From: a virus
Taxonomy: Duplodnaviria > Caudoviricetes
IMG/VR virus record: IMGVR_UViG_3300026521_000072
Coordinates: 1-58,578 of that record
Reading direction: 5' to 3' (one strand)
Length of the DNA: 58,578 nucleotides
Shown here: positions 1 through 10,446 of the stretch, piece by piece
How the letters are laid out: each line of letters opens with the position of its first letter
Position numbering within the stretch: position 1 is the first letter of the stretch
Notes under the pieces: model-generated
Database searches by the model: none
Told to the model about the DNA's origin: nothing
Seen by the model: the letters and a program-made list of their open reading frames with translations, nothing else
Translations under genes and position numbers: made by a program

Positions 1-16
1 TTTTAAAAGATTATTA

Positions 17-364
17 ATGGAAGTTTTTGAGTTTGAAAAAGAACCAAATGAAATTTTGAGAGTTGCAAGAGAAGGAAACAATATCATACTCCGTCACAGA
101 TATAGAGAAGATATAATCATCAACATCTATGAATTAGCACATAAGTGTAAAGAATGGGCTTGGAAAACAGAGAATGTTAGGTTAGAGACTGGAAGAATGT
201 ATGGACTTACAACAGAAGCACATAATTGTCGTATTGATGTGTATAATGGTCATAAATTCTATTTTGATGGACGGTGGAAGGATTTTACAGCAAATACAGA
301 ACCAGAAGCAATCTTCAAAGCTTGTATTTGGATTTATAAAGAAACTAAAAACCTTAAGAATTAA
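17..364 (+). CDS. hypothetical phage protein
   Basis: 115 aa ORF on the coding strand of this arm; no recognised motif. Confidence 0.6.
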   Translation: MEVFEFEKEPNEILRVAREGNNIILRHRYREDIIINIYELAHKCKEWAWKTENVRLETGRMYGLTTEAHNCRIDVYNGHKFYFDGRWKDFTANTEPEAIFKACIWIYKETKNLKN

Positions 365-377
365 TTAAGGGCTTTTT
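352..377 (+). terminator. possible weak intrinsic terminator
   Basis: CCTTAA/TTAAGG hairpin followed by TTTTT at the end of ORF 17..364. Confidence 0.3.
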
Positions 378-417
378 AGTTGTAATTTTTCTATAAAATG
401 AAAAAGGAAAATATATC

Positions 418-1026
418 ATGACAAAAGAACAAGTAGAGAAACATGGGGAAGTTATTAAATGGTTTGTTGACAATCCAGATAAAGGGGTTTGGACAAAAAG
501 ATTTAATAGTGATGATGACGATTGGACATTAATTGCTGAACCTAGTTGGTTGACTAATTGGCAATATATACAAAACGATGAAAAAGCTGAGTTACGTAAA
601 CAAGTAGCAGATGGTGCAATATTGCAATATTACGATAATGGTAAATGGAAAGATGCTACACACATTAGTGCAACATTTAGTGAATGTAAGTTAGAAAATT
701 TACGTATTAAACCACAATTTAAAGTGGGTAGTTGGGTAGTTAATATAAAGTATAAAATTATTTTTCAAGCTACAAAAGAATGGGTAATTAAACGTCCAAA
801 CGGTAATACCCATTTTACAGGTAAAGACGAAGATTTCATATCTTGGGAGCCTAAAAAAGATGAATTATGTATATTTTGGAACAATCACACACCTAATGAA
901 TATATTATAGCTCACTATACACATGTAGTAAATATAACTGATGCTAGTATGTATAGTAAGGCTTATTGGGATAATGTTGCTCCACTTGAGTTTATTAAAA
1001 CATTAAAGGAAAACCGTACTAAATAA
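418..1026 (+). CDS. hypothetical Trp-rich phage protein
   Basis: 202 aa ORF, AAGGA RBS upstream. Confidence 0.7.
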   Translation: MTKEQVEKHGEVIKWFVDNPDKGVWTKRFNSDDDDWTLIAEPSWLTNWQYIQNDEKAELRKQVADGAILQYYDNGKWKDATHISATFSECKLENLRIKPQFKVGSWVVNIKYKIIFQATKEWVIKRPNGNTHFTGKDEDFISWEPKKDELCIFWNNHTPNEYIIAHYTHVVNITDASMYSKAYWDNVAPLEFIKTLKENRTK

Positions 1027-1242
1027 CATATTTAATGCTTTAATAGATAAAGTAAAATTATAGTAACTCATTTTTTAAAGCATGGTTAGCTTATTTATCT
1101 ATTTTAAGCATAAATATAGATATACTTGTAGATATTGCAGCTTTTATTAACTTTAATTTATCTTCATGGTTTATACATCTAAATATTATATTATTACCAT
1201 TATCTTATGACTACTATTTACACATATAAAAAGGAAAGTAAA

Positions 1243-1428
1243 ATGACTGTCAAAAAAGCTATTAAGAAACTTAAAATAATTAAGAAGAAATACGGAAATA
1301 TAGATATTGGTTATATAGAATCAGGATTAGGTAATTACGGTCAAAGCAATATCAAATTTCTTGTCAAAGACTGTCAAAGATATTGGCAAGATTATGAAGA
1401 AAAAATTGTAATTATGGAGCAGAAATGA
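1243..1428 (+). CDS. hypothetical protein
   Basis: AAGGA RBS before ATG 1243; stop overlaps thyX start (ATGA). Confidence 0.55.
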   Translation: MTVKKAIKKLKIIKKKYGNIDIGYIESGLGNYGQSNIKFLVKDCQRYWQDYEEKIVIMEQK

Positions 1429-2297
1429 ATACTAAAACAGTAGCAGGTATTGAATATTCACTACCACAAGTATATTTATTACAGGAAACAGGTATCGGTA
1501 CAGCAGAATATGCAGCTCGTACAGCATATGATAGCTTCGATAAAAGTGAAAATACTATAGTAAAAACTATAAATGAAGAAGTTAATGCAGAAGCAAGTCC
1601 AGTAATGATAAAAGAGGCTTATTCGGATATGCTAAACAATATTGAACACTCAGATTTACTTGACTCTTTAGCTTGGGTACATCATCATCATAGTGTTCTT
1701 GAACATGCTAACCTTACATACCTTATCAAAGGTACAAATCGTGGTACACTTCAAGAACATGCTCGTCACCGTATTCAAGCTATCACAGTACAATCAACTC
1801 GTTATACTATGTCGCCTATTATTAATGCTTTTGTAGCTACTATGCATAAAGGTGGGTTACCTGAATTTACAAATATACTTGATAAATTAGATTTTTTAAC
1901 TATTACAGATTTTGCAGCTAACTTAGAGATAAAGCATATTTGGGAAAAACTAGATTTACAACTAATGGAGTTAGGTGAAGAAGAGTTCTTAAAATTGGCA
2001 TTATCTAAATCAAACTTAAAAATATATAATGACTGTTTAAATACACATACAACAGAAGAAATGTATGATTTACTACAAAGAGGTAAATCTAAACGTAATG
2101 TTGGAGACAATTTTAAATGGATTGTTACAGATAATTGGAAAGTAGATATGGTTGTCACTTTCAATTTAAGAAGTTTGAAAAACTACTTTACTCTGCGTGA
2201 GAGCGGTGCGGCATATTTTCAGATACGATGGCTTGCTCAGGAGATGATGAAGGTTACTCCAAAAAAATATCTTGATTTAATTGTAAAGAATAAGTAA
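1425..2297 (+). CDS. thyX: FAD-dependent thymidylate synthase ThyX
   Basis: HHSVLEH, RHR-x7-S signature (RHRIQAITVQSTRY), NLRSLKNYFTLR. Confidence 0.93.
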   Translation: MNTKTVAGIEYSLPQVYLLQETGIGTAEYAARTAYDSFDKSENTIVKTINEEVNAEASPVMIKEAYSDMLNNIEHSDLLDSLAWVHHHHSVLEHANLTYLIKGTNRGTLQEHARHRIQAITVQSTRYTMSPIINAFVATMHKGGLPEFTNILDKLDFLTITDFAANLEIKHIWEKLDLQLMELGEEEFLKLALSKSNLKIYNDCLNTHTTEEMYDLLQRGKSKRNVGDNFKWIVTDNWKVDMVVTFNLRSLKNYFTLRESGAAYFQIRWLAQEMMKVTPKKYLDLIVKNK

Positions 2298-2530
2298 TGT
2301 TTAAATTTAAATACGCATGTGAATACTGCGAATATGAAATTCTAGCTCTTCTAACAGAAGTATCCGAAGTTTGTCCAGTTTATAATGATACTGGAAATAC
2401 AAGGCCAAATATTGAAATATATAAATGTACTGATTGTATACATTACATAAATAATGATGAATGTAATCTTGCGTTAGGGTACAGCATTAATGACATAAAA
2501 TGCCCAAAAACATGTAATAGTAATATGTAG
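2297..2530 (+). CDS. small Cys-rich (zinc-binding) protein
   Basis: CEYC, CTDC and further Cys in 77 aa; TAATG coupling to thyX. Confidence 0.6.
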   Translation: MFKFKYACEYCEYEILALLTEVSEVCPVYNDTGNTRPNIEIYKCTDCIHYINNDECNLALGYSINDIKCPKTCNSNM

Positions 2531-2594
2531 AATAGCTATAAATTTTTTGTAAAAAGTATACAAATAAGACAGACATAAAAAAAAAAGGAAAATT

Positions 2595-2793
2595 ATGAAA
2601 CTAACAACAGCTAAAACAGTGATTAAAACAAATATCAATTCACAAATTAAAGGCAAACCTACACAACCATTAGTTATTGCAGGTAGTCCAGGTCTTGGTA
2701 AAACTCGTACTATTGAAACAATTACTCGTGATTTATCGTTAGGCCTTGTTCATTATAGTGTGCCTGAGCTTACATCGGAACTTTTAAGCGGGT
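2595..2793 (+). CDS. MoxR-like AAA+ ATPase, exon 1
   Basis: Walker A GSPGLGKT; ends ...ELLSG+T at predicted 5' splice site. Confidence 0.85.
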
Positions 2794-3056
2794 TAACAAC
2801 ACTTACGTATGCCTAATATTTAATTTACTATGATGAAAATAAACAAATGATAGTAGTAAATTAATGAAGGAAAACGTATTTAAGTTACAGCCCCTTCATA
2901 CCGTGAGGTATGTCGAATAATCTCTCTAATTGCTGGAAACTCCTTAGAGCCTTAACACCACAATATATCAGAAATGAGTATATGAAGGTTTGAAAAGTTA
3001 AGGATTGGACAATCAGCAGCGAAAGAAGGTATTTAATAGTCGATTAATACTGATTA

Positions 3057-3065
3057 TGGTATACT
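3057..3065 (+). promoter_or_regulatory. extended -10 promoter for intron HNH-AP2 ORF
   Basis: TGGTATACT followed by RBS AAGGAG at 3076-3081. Confidence 0.5.
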
Positions 3066-3086
3066 CTTATATATAAAGGAGACCAT

Positions 3087-3644
3087 ATGAAAGTATACAA
3101 TTACACATACATTGAAGACAAAGAGTATTTTAAAATATTAGTAACTAGGTTAGATGATACTTCCTACTTAAAAGAAATTCTAGTAGATAATTCTATTAAA
3201 GAATTAGTTAAAGAAAGAAATATCAGGATAGTAAAGTCAGGGTACGCTGTATTAAGAGGTAAAGGATGTTTCTTTTTACATCACTTAGTACTAGGGCATA
3301 CAAGTAATATGTCCACAGTAGTGGATCATATAAACGGTAATAGACTTGACAATCGAAAATCTAATTTGCGAGTACTACCACAAGCAGATAATGCTAACAA
3401 CAGAACTAAAAATTCTCGATGTAATACAGGAGTTGTAGGGATAGCTAAAAGAAGTAAAGGTAATTATAATTACTTCAGAGCTACCGTCAGTGATAGGGTT
3501 ACTATTGTAGAAAATAGTAAAGCTAAGTCACAAACAAAAAGATATTCTAGACAATTCAATATTAATAAACTCGGTGAAGACGAAGCTATGAAACAAGCAA
3601 AAGCTTGGTTAAAGCAGAAACGTACTGAGTTTGGTTATGTGTAA
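3087..3644 (+). CDS. HNH homing endonuclease with AP2-like C-terminal domain (intron P6 region)
   Basis: LHHLVL...VVDHINGNRLDNRKSNLR; NTGVVGI...RQFNINKLGEDEAMKQA AP2-like tail. Confidence 0.88.
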   Translation: MKVYNYTYIEDKEYFKILVTRLDDTSYLKEILVDNSIKELVKERNIRIVKSGYAVLRGKGCFFLHHLVLGHTSNMSTVVDHINGNRLDNRKSNLRVLPQADNANNRTKNSRCNTGVVGIAKRSKGNYNYFRATVSDRVTIVENSKAKSQTKRYSRQFNINKLGEDEAMKQAKAWLKQKRTEFGYV

Positions 3645-3721
3645 AGAGATTATTAAACCGGACCCGTTCAACGACTAGTCGAAAGACGTAGAGTTCAAGT
3701 GAACTCGAAATGGGAGAAATC

Positions 3722-3750
3722 TTGATTTATTTATAAAATTCTGATATACT
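3722..3750 (+). promoter_or_regulatory. sigma70-type promoter for intron NUMOD4-HNH ORF
   Basis: TTGATT-17 nt-TATACT with TG extension. Confidence 0.55.
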
Positions 3751-3776
3751 GTTAAAAATTCACAAGGAAATTAAGT

Positions 3777-4445
3777 ATGCCAGAAAAAGAAATACATGAA
3801 CAACAACCAGAAATATGGAAAGCACTAAAATCTCCTTATAATGTGAAATATTCTGTATCTAATAAAGGTCGTCTTAGGGTAAAAACTAAAAATGGCTATA
3901 AATATAGAACAGGTTCTTTAACATCTAATTATACACACACTAAATATGTTAAGGTGACTGTTTCACATAAAGGTAAAAGTAAAACATTAATGATGCATAG
4001 GTTAGTTGCAGAGGCATTTATACCAAACCCTGATAATAAACCTATGGTTAACCATAAAGATTTAGATGGTTCTAACAACAAAGTAGAAAATTTAAAATGG
4101 GTAACAGCTTCTGAAAATATGCAACATTCGGCTGATAATAGAGATAACAAACAAAAAGAATTAGCAGAAGCTAACAGATTACGCACAGTATTTAATAATA
4201 AATTTTTAGAAAATAAAGATTTAATTGGTACAGTACTAACTGGGAGAACTCTAATAGGGATTTGTTATCTACCTAGTAAAGCTATAGAATGGCATGGCAT
4301 GTTTGCGTGTCATAAATGTTTAAAAGAGTTTAGTGCACCTTTATTACAATCATTTAGTAGACATGATAAAGGTGCTACTCAATATTGTAATAATTGTTCA
4401 AGTAAAGAAAAAGTTAAAAATATAAATAGAATTAATCAAGATTAA
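3777..4445 (+). CDS. NUMOD4-HNH homing endonuclease with C-terminal Zn finger (intron P8 region)
   Basis: EIWK...YSVSNKGRLR; HRLVAEAFIPNP...VNHKD...NNKVENLKWVTASEN; CHKC/CNNC. Confidence 0.9.
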   Translation: MPEKEIHEQQPEIWKALKSPYNVKYSVSNKGRLRVKTKNGYKYRTGSLTSNYTHTKYVKVTVSHKGKSKTLMMHRLVAEAFIPNPDNKPMVNHKDLDGSNNKVENLKWVTASENMQHSADNRDNKQKELAEANRLRTVFNNKFLENKDLIGTVLTGRTLIGICYLPSKAIEWHGMFACHKCLKEFSAPLLQSFSRHDKGATQYCNNCSSKEKVKNINRINQD

Positions 4446-4526
4446 GATATAGTCTCGTCTGCATAGAAATATGTAGCAGTCTTTAATTAGACGGCATGGA
4501 AGTAACGACTCTATGTGAAGATAACG

Positions 4527-5467
4527 TACCAAGCTTCATTGATGCACCAGATATGGCTAAGTACAGTAAAACCAACTCCACTTTAGCACAAGCTACTGAT
4601 TGGACTGTACCAATGATGTTACTTGAAGCTAATCGTTTAGCTGAACAAAACGGAGGTTGTGTGCTATTTCTCGACGACCTTCACATGATTAATATGTCTG
4701 TAGCACCATACCTATATGGCCTTCTTGAAGAACGTGCTTTAGGCTCATATAAGCTCGATTCTCGTGTAGCTATTGTATGTGCAATGAATAATTCTGATGA
4801 AGCAGGTTTTAATGGTATGCAATCTCCTATTAAGGACCGTTGTTCTATCTTACCAATCGAATTTGATTTTGATTCATGGTATGATTCTCACGGTAAGTAT
4901 CTTAACTACTTTGTATCATCATTCATCAAGCTTCATCCACAGTACATCCAAGAAGATGAATCTACTGCAATCGAACAGTTCTTAACTCCACGTTCATGTA
5001 CATATTTAGGTTATGAACTTAATGAATATGATTTTAATTTCATTCTTGAAAATGCTATGGAATTAGCTAAAATGAAAATGTCTGAAACAGCAGCAATTGC
5101 CTTTACTAAACATATAGAATATTTAAATAAAATTGATTTTAGCTCTATTGTAGCTAAACGTGAAATTATTGATATCAGTAAATTAAAACCCATTGACGAA
5201 ATTCTATATGCTTATATTATAAATTATATTGAAACAGAAGATGATGCAAAATTTTTACTTGATTTAATAGAAGCTAATATCGATCAAGCTTCATTTTTAG
5301 GGTTTTTAACAGGTGAATTGTATACTAAATTTCAATTACAACAAGCAGGTAAACCTATTACTAAAGGGGTAAAAGCAATTTTACAAACACTCCTTGAACC
5401 ACAAAACACTAAACTAAAAATGAAAAGTAGAGAAAAAATATATGAGTATATTATAGAATTTATGTAG
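4527..5467 (+). CDS. MoxR-like AAA+ ATPase, exon 2 (spliced product 379 aa)
   Basis: Walker B VLFLDD, sensor AMN, DR arginine finger, TPRS; VWA gene nearby. Confidence 0.85.
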
Positions 5468-5476
5468 AAGTGAATA

Positions 5477-6012
5477 ATGAAACCAATAGTATTTACTGAG
5501 CAAATTATTGATTGTAGTCTAATTGATAAACAACATATGTACGGTTCTCGTCGTCTTGGAGTACATACATCACAATCAGATTATGATTTGTTTTTCCATA
5601 GTAGCGAAATTGCTACTATTGGTTTAGATATTTTTCAATTAAAAAAAAAAAAGAAAAAAAGTTAATAAATAACAGTAATTATCTTTCAAGTAAACCTTTA
5701 TACGGTACAGTTAAATTAATAAAAAACATGAAAACAGTAAATAAATATAGAACAGCTGATATACTTATATTTTCTGATAAACGTGATATTGAAATAATGA
5801 ATAAAGCATTAAATTATCTTGAAAATGGCGCAACACTATTGTATGATAAAAGTTTACGTATTAATGTGTATAATTATGCATTACAACATTTTGGTTTTTT
5901 ACCGATAAATGATAAAACATACCTTATGTATACTAAAAAAGTATTTGACTTAATAGGTACTATAAAAAAATCTAATGATATACATATTAATAGTAATTTT
6001 GAAGTAATATAG
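5477..6012 (+). CDS. Pol-beta-type nucleotidyltransferase, split by a -1 frameshift in a poly-A tract
   Basis: YGSR...SDYDLF (GS/DxD); the -1 frame is open from the A12-G-A7 tract into ORF 5728..6012 (TADILIF). Confidence 0.6.
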
Positions 6013-6081
6013 GTATAAAAGTATTATATATCACATCAATATAGTAAGTATAGTCAATATAAATAAAGAAAAGGATTCTTT

Positions 6082-7500
6082 GTGGAAGAATATCAGTATA
6101 AAATAACTAAATACGTTTATAAAGAAATAGTAAAAGAATTTAATGAAATCTATGGACAAGATAAAACAGCTCCATTAGCTACAGGTATATTTCTTAAACT
6201 TCCTATTGAAGTACGTCTCGTAAAACAAGATAAAATAGATTATAGCGATCTAATGAAAGCTTTTAGTGCGTATACAAAACTAGGAAATGAAACGAGTGTG
6301 TACTTTGATTTTTTCTACTCATCTGAAAACGATTTACCAGAATTATTTAAACTAATAGAAACTAATAAAACTTTCTGGGCTTATGTATATCAGCATGAAG
6401 TATTACATATTTTACTTAAACATGTTACTAAACCTTTTCAGTCTCGTATGTTACGTATAGTAAAAGAAATTAAACCAGATATGGATGAATATACAGCACA
6501 TCATTTTATAAATAATGCTGAAGACTACTTCATTAATTATTCTATTAAAGACTTAACCGAATCGTGTAATTCAATTGGATTACAAATGTTATTAGATAAA
6601 GGCTTATATAATTATGATTATCATAATAGTCAACTATCTGATATTCAAATATTAAAAGATTTACTACAAAATAGTAAAGTACAAATACAACCGATAAACG
6701 AATCTTACGAATTAATTGTAACGACTAATAGTAAAGACAATAGCACTGTAATTATCAAACCAACTGATATAAATAACACAGAAAGCAGTGATACTAAAGA
6801 TAAAGTTGAAGGTATTGATTCACAATTAATAGATTTAGCACAATCAATTAATTCAACTATTCAGTCACAAGCTAAAGGCTCTAAATCAGCTACAATGACT
6901 AACAAACTATTTGAATCGATTCAAGTATCAACTGATTGGTTCAAAAAGCTCAAAACATCATTCAAACGTGACGTATATTATATGACTCACGATTATTACA
7001 CTAAGTGGACTAATCTTAATAACAAGTACCGTCAAATATTCAAATCACCAAAGAAATATTACCTTGACTCTAAGCTAGAGATTATTTTATCTATTGACCA
7101 ATCAGGAAGTATGCCACAAGACAGTCTACAAAAGCTACTATACATCCTTGAACAAGAAGGTAGTAAAATATCTAAGCTTACTGTTCTTATTCATGATGTA
7201 GGTATCTCTAAAGAATTTATACTTGAGTCTGACTACAATATCACTACTAATCCGCAATTCAAAGCGGCATTAGCAACTCGTTATCAATCAGGTGGTACAT
7301 CTCATGACGCAGTATTTGAATGGTTACAAAACAACGTAAAAGACCCGACTAAGACAATCTATATCTCATTCAGCGACAACTATAGTGATATTGAAACTTC
7401 ATTTTTCGATTATCCTATTATGCGCAAATTGAAATCATACTTAGTATGCCCGGTAAACAATCCAATGAAAGTACCAGTAATAAACATTACAATGGAGTAA
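6082..7500 (+). CDS. metallopeptidase-VWA domain protein (MoxR partner, DUF2201-like)
   Basis: HEVLH zinc motif; MIDAS DQSGSM, GGTS, FSD. Confidence 0.85.
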   Translation: MEEYQYKITKYVYKEIVKEFNEIYGQDKTAPLATGIFLKLPIEVRLVKQDKIDYSDLMKAFSAYTKLGNETSVYFDFFYSSENDLPELFKLIETNKTFWAYVYQHEVLHILLKHVTKPFQSRMLRIVKEIKPDMDEYTAHHFINNAEDYFINYSIKDLTESCNSIGLQMLLDKGLYNYDYHNSQLSDIQILKDLLQNSKVQIQPINESYELIVTTNSKDNSTVIIKPTDINNTESSDTKDKVEGIDSQLIDLAQSINSTIQSQAKGSKSATMTNKLFESIQVSTDWFKKLKTSFKRDVYYMTHDYYTKWTNLNNKYRQIFKSPKKYYLDSKLEIILSIDQSGSMPQDSLQKLLYILEQEGSKISKLTVLIHDVGISKEFILESDYNITTNPQFKAALATRYQSGGTSHDAVFEWLQNNVKDPTKTIYISFSDNYSDIETSFFDYPIMRKLKSYLVCPVNNPMKVPVINITME

Positions 7501-7780
7501 TAGCGCAAATTCATATAAACGAACTAGTAGAAACTATAAAATTGTGCAATAAAAATATAAATCTAATTAATAAAAAAAAACAAATTAATTTATAACATCA
7601 TCGATTATGCTTACTGATAAATCATTAATACTGTTTAGTTATTATACTTTATTAAATAAAACTTTTCTCTATATAACAAGTAGTTATAGTATTAAAAAAT
7701 TAATGCTTAATAATGATCTTATTAACCAAATTTGGGAAAACATAGAATTTAAACAACCACAATAAATTAAAGGATAAACA

Positions 7781-8563
7781 ATGGCATTTGGATTAGGAAA
7801 TGAAATTAATAAATCAATCATTACAAACAAAGAAGTATATGGTAACGTATCAGAGAAATACATTAATACATCAACTGAGGACATTATCACAGAACTGAAC
7901 AAGTACATGGTAGTTAAACCAGTAGGTTTCGCAGCTAGTAACGTACGTAAACTTGATAAGCAGAACAAACAAAAGCATGTGATTATGCTCGAACCTGAAG
8001 ATGCACAAATGCCAGAAGGTACTTTGCGTCTTGTATTATTCAATTCTCTTGATCGTTCTACTGGTATTCGTATCTACCTCGGTTATTATCGTGACGCTTG
8101 TGCTAACGACTGTGTGTTTGGTGACGATATTATGCAACCAATTCGTATAAAGCATACTTACCGTAACTGGCAATCAGTAATCGCTAAAGTAGCAGACGAA
8201 TATCAATCAGCTAAATATCGTACTGAACAAACTATCGATCAGATGATGAACAAATATCTATCATATGGCCAACAAGGCTTACTCACAGAGCAAATCGCAG
8301 ACATTATCAACAAAGATATCACTGGACGTATTATTGACCCGTTACAACTAAATGTAGCACACCGTATTGAAGATACGGGTAAAGACGTTTGGCATACTTA
8401 TCAACGTATTCAATATAATGTAATGAACGGCGGTATTGAGCGTATTGTTAATCATGATAAAGAACAGTTAGTAAGTAAAACGCATAAAGTAACCGATCAG
8501 CATAAACAACTCAAATATAATCTTGAAATATATAATAAGTGTAAAGAGTTATTAAAATATTAA
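7781..8563 (+). CDS. DUF932/DUF945-like phage protein
   Basis: KHVIML, LFNSLDRS, GYYRDACAN, IKH, DVWHTYQRIQYNVMNGG. Confidence 0.75.
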   Translation: MAFGLGNEINKSIITNKEVYGNVSEKYINTSTEDIITELNKYMVVKPVGFAASNVRKLDKQNKQKHVIMLEPEDAQMPEGTLRLVLFNSLDRSTGIRIYLGYYRDACANDCVFGDDIMQPIRIKHTYRNWQSVIAKVADEYQSAKYRTEQTIDQMMNKYLSYGQQGLLTEQIADIINKDITGRIIDPLQLNVAHRIEDTGKDVWHTYQRIQYNVMNGGIERIVNHDKEQLVSKTHKVTDQHKQLKYNLEIYNKCKELLKY

Positions 8564-8616
8564 TAATAAAAATATATAATTTACCGTAAAATATAAATAA
8601 CATCTTAAGGAAATAT

Positions 8617-10062
8617 ATGGAATCATTAACATTAGAACAACAAGCTATACCAGAGTATTTAAAGAATAACGATGGTATACTTCTTGTTGACGCTAAAGCA
8701 GGTGTAGGTAAATCGCATACAGCGTATAAAACAGTAGAATACCTTAACCCAAATAAAGTATTATACACTGCGTTTAACAAAGCTATTATTCAAGAAGGTA
8801 AAGAATTATTTCCTTCTAATGTAGAATGTCGTACACTTCATTCATTAGCATTAGCAGCTGTAAAACCTAAACTACCTATAGAAGACTTTACATATACTTG
8901 TATTAAAGAAGACATTAGCTACTTTTATAAAGGTATAATTATTAATGCTATTGATGAGTTTTATCGTTCTTCAAGTACTAACGCATTCGAGTTTGTTTCT
9001 AATTATATTAAAAATAAATTAGCTAATAATGAATTCCTTAAAGAAGAGAATGAACGTAAAAAAATAGAATTCTTATTAACTAGTATAGCTAACAACTATA
9101 TAGATAAAATGATTAATGATGAAATCAATCCAACATTTAACTATCTTCTTAAATGGATGCATGTACTATTAGTAGATGGTGAACTTAATCTTGAATACGA
9201 TCTAGTAATATTTGATGAAATTCAAGATAGTACTGGAGTAGCTTTAGAAATATTTCAACTACTATCAGCACCTAAGAAATTAGGTCTTGGTGACCAACAT
9301 CAATCAATCTACTTATTTATGAATTTAGTAAATGGGTTTGAAGTAATCAAAGATGTACCTATTTTACCAATTACTAAAACATTTCGCTGTAGCACACAAA
9401 TAGCTAAAGAAGTTCAACATTTTGGTAAACAGTACTTAGACAAGCATTTCCATTTCGAAGGTATAGATAATCCTGCACATGATGGTAAAACAGCATATAT
9501 CACAGCAACTAATGCATCTATTATTGGAATCATTAACAACCTTCATCGTGAAGGTAAGGGCTACATTCTAACTCGTCCGATTAAAGAAATTTTTGCAGCA
9601 CCTCTTGCAGTATTAACGGCTAGTAAAGGTAAAGCAGTTTACCATAAAAAGTACAAATTTTTAGAAAACGAATACAAGCAATTTCGTAAATCTCAGTATA
9701 CATCATTCTTTAAATACCTCTCTGTAGAAGTAGCAGAAGAAGAAATCAAATCTACTGTTAAATTACTTCAACAATTTAATCAAAAGCGTATCAATATATT
9801 TGATGTAATGAACGAAGCAAAAGTAGCGAAACGGGATCCACGTATTACAGTAGGTACCGGTTTCAGCCTTAAAGGACTTGGATTTGAAACAGTACATATC
9901 CATCAAGATTTAAACAACTCTCTAATTCGTATCATCGAACAAGGTGGTATTCAATCTAAAGAAGATTTAGTAGCTTTTAAATTGTACTATGTATCATGCA
10001 CAAGAGCAAGATGCAATCTATATAATGCAGAATTGTTAAAAACTATTAATATAACACTATAG
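8617..10062 (+). CDS. superfamily 1 (UvrD/Rep-like) helicase
   Basis: AKAGVGKS, FDEIQD, GDQHQSIY, TFRC, KGLGF, YVSCTRA. Confidence 0.9.
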   Translation: MESLTLEQQAIPEYLKNNDGILLVDAKAGVGKSHTAYKTVEYLNPNKVLYTAFNKAIIQEGKELFPSNVECRTLHSLALAAVKPKLPIEDFTYTCIKEDISYFYKGIIINAIDEFYRSSSTNAFEFVSNYIKNKLANNEFLKEENERKKIEFLLTSIANNYIDKMINDEINPTFNYLLKWMHVLLVDGELNLEYDLVIFDEIQDSTGVALEIFQLLSAPKKLGLGDQHQSIYLFMNLVNGFEVIKDVPILPITKTFRCSTQIAKEVQHFGKQYLDKHFHFEGIDNPAHDGKTAYITATNASIIGIINNLHREGKGYILTRPIKEIFAAPLAVLTASKGKAVYHKKYKFLENEYKQFRKSQYTSFFKYLSVEVAEEEIKSTVKLLQQFNQKRINIFDVMNEAKVAKRDPRITVGTGFSLKGLGFETVHIHQDLNNSLIRIIEQGGIQSKEDLVAFKLYYVSCTRARCNLYNAELLKTINITL

Positions 10063-10070
10063 GATATAAT

Positions 10071-10445
10071 ATGTCACTACAAGAAGTATTATCTACTTTA
10101 CGTAATAACGTACCTAATTATTATCAAGTAAATTTTTATACTAGTTCTGAATTAAAAAATACAATTAGAGTGGTGACAACAACAAATAAAAAACATACAG
10201 AACAAATATTGTCTAAAATTCATAACTTATTAAAATCACTACCTATTAACTATGAAACATTAAAACTTCCATTTAGAGACGAATTCCATTTATTTATTAT
10301 TAATGATAAAGAAGATACAATTCGCTTCTATGAAACAACTCTGTATTACCAAATGAAGCAATTAAAAGCTATTAAAGACCAAGAGCTGCCTTTAATGGAA
10401 GAAATGCTCAATATAGTCAAACTTATAAAACAATTAAAGGAGTAA
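10071..10445 (+). CDS. hypothetical protein
   Basis: 124 aa ORF with AGGA RBS. Confidence 0.65.
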   Translation: MSLQEVLSTLRNNVPNYYQVNFYTSSELKNTIRVVTTTNKKHTEQILSKIHNLLKSLPINYETLKLPFRDEFHLFIINDKEDTIRFYETTLYYQMKQLKAIKDQELPLMEEMLNIVKLIKQLKE

Positions 10446-10446
10446 T

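Larger units (their letters stand above)
2794..4526 (+). mobile_element. group I intron (IA-like) with two homing endonuclease ORFs
   Basis: P AATTGCTGGAAA 2928-2939, Q AATCAGCAGC 3011-3020, R GTTCAACGACTA 3666-3677, S AAGATATAGTCT 4444-4455; exon ends in T2793, intron ends in G4526; splicing restores frame (SGLPSF). Confidence 0.92.

Noticed and set aside
4496-4526. ORF-track start MEVTTLCEDNV for the ATPase
   Set aside because: Lies inside the intron P9 region; true coding sequence resumes at 4527.
7500-7765. AT-rich gap with broken reading frames (similar at 1027-1230)
   Set aside because: May be decayed genes, but no motif or clear frame supports a call.
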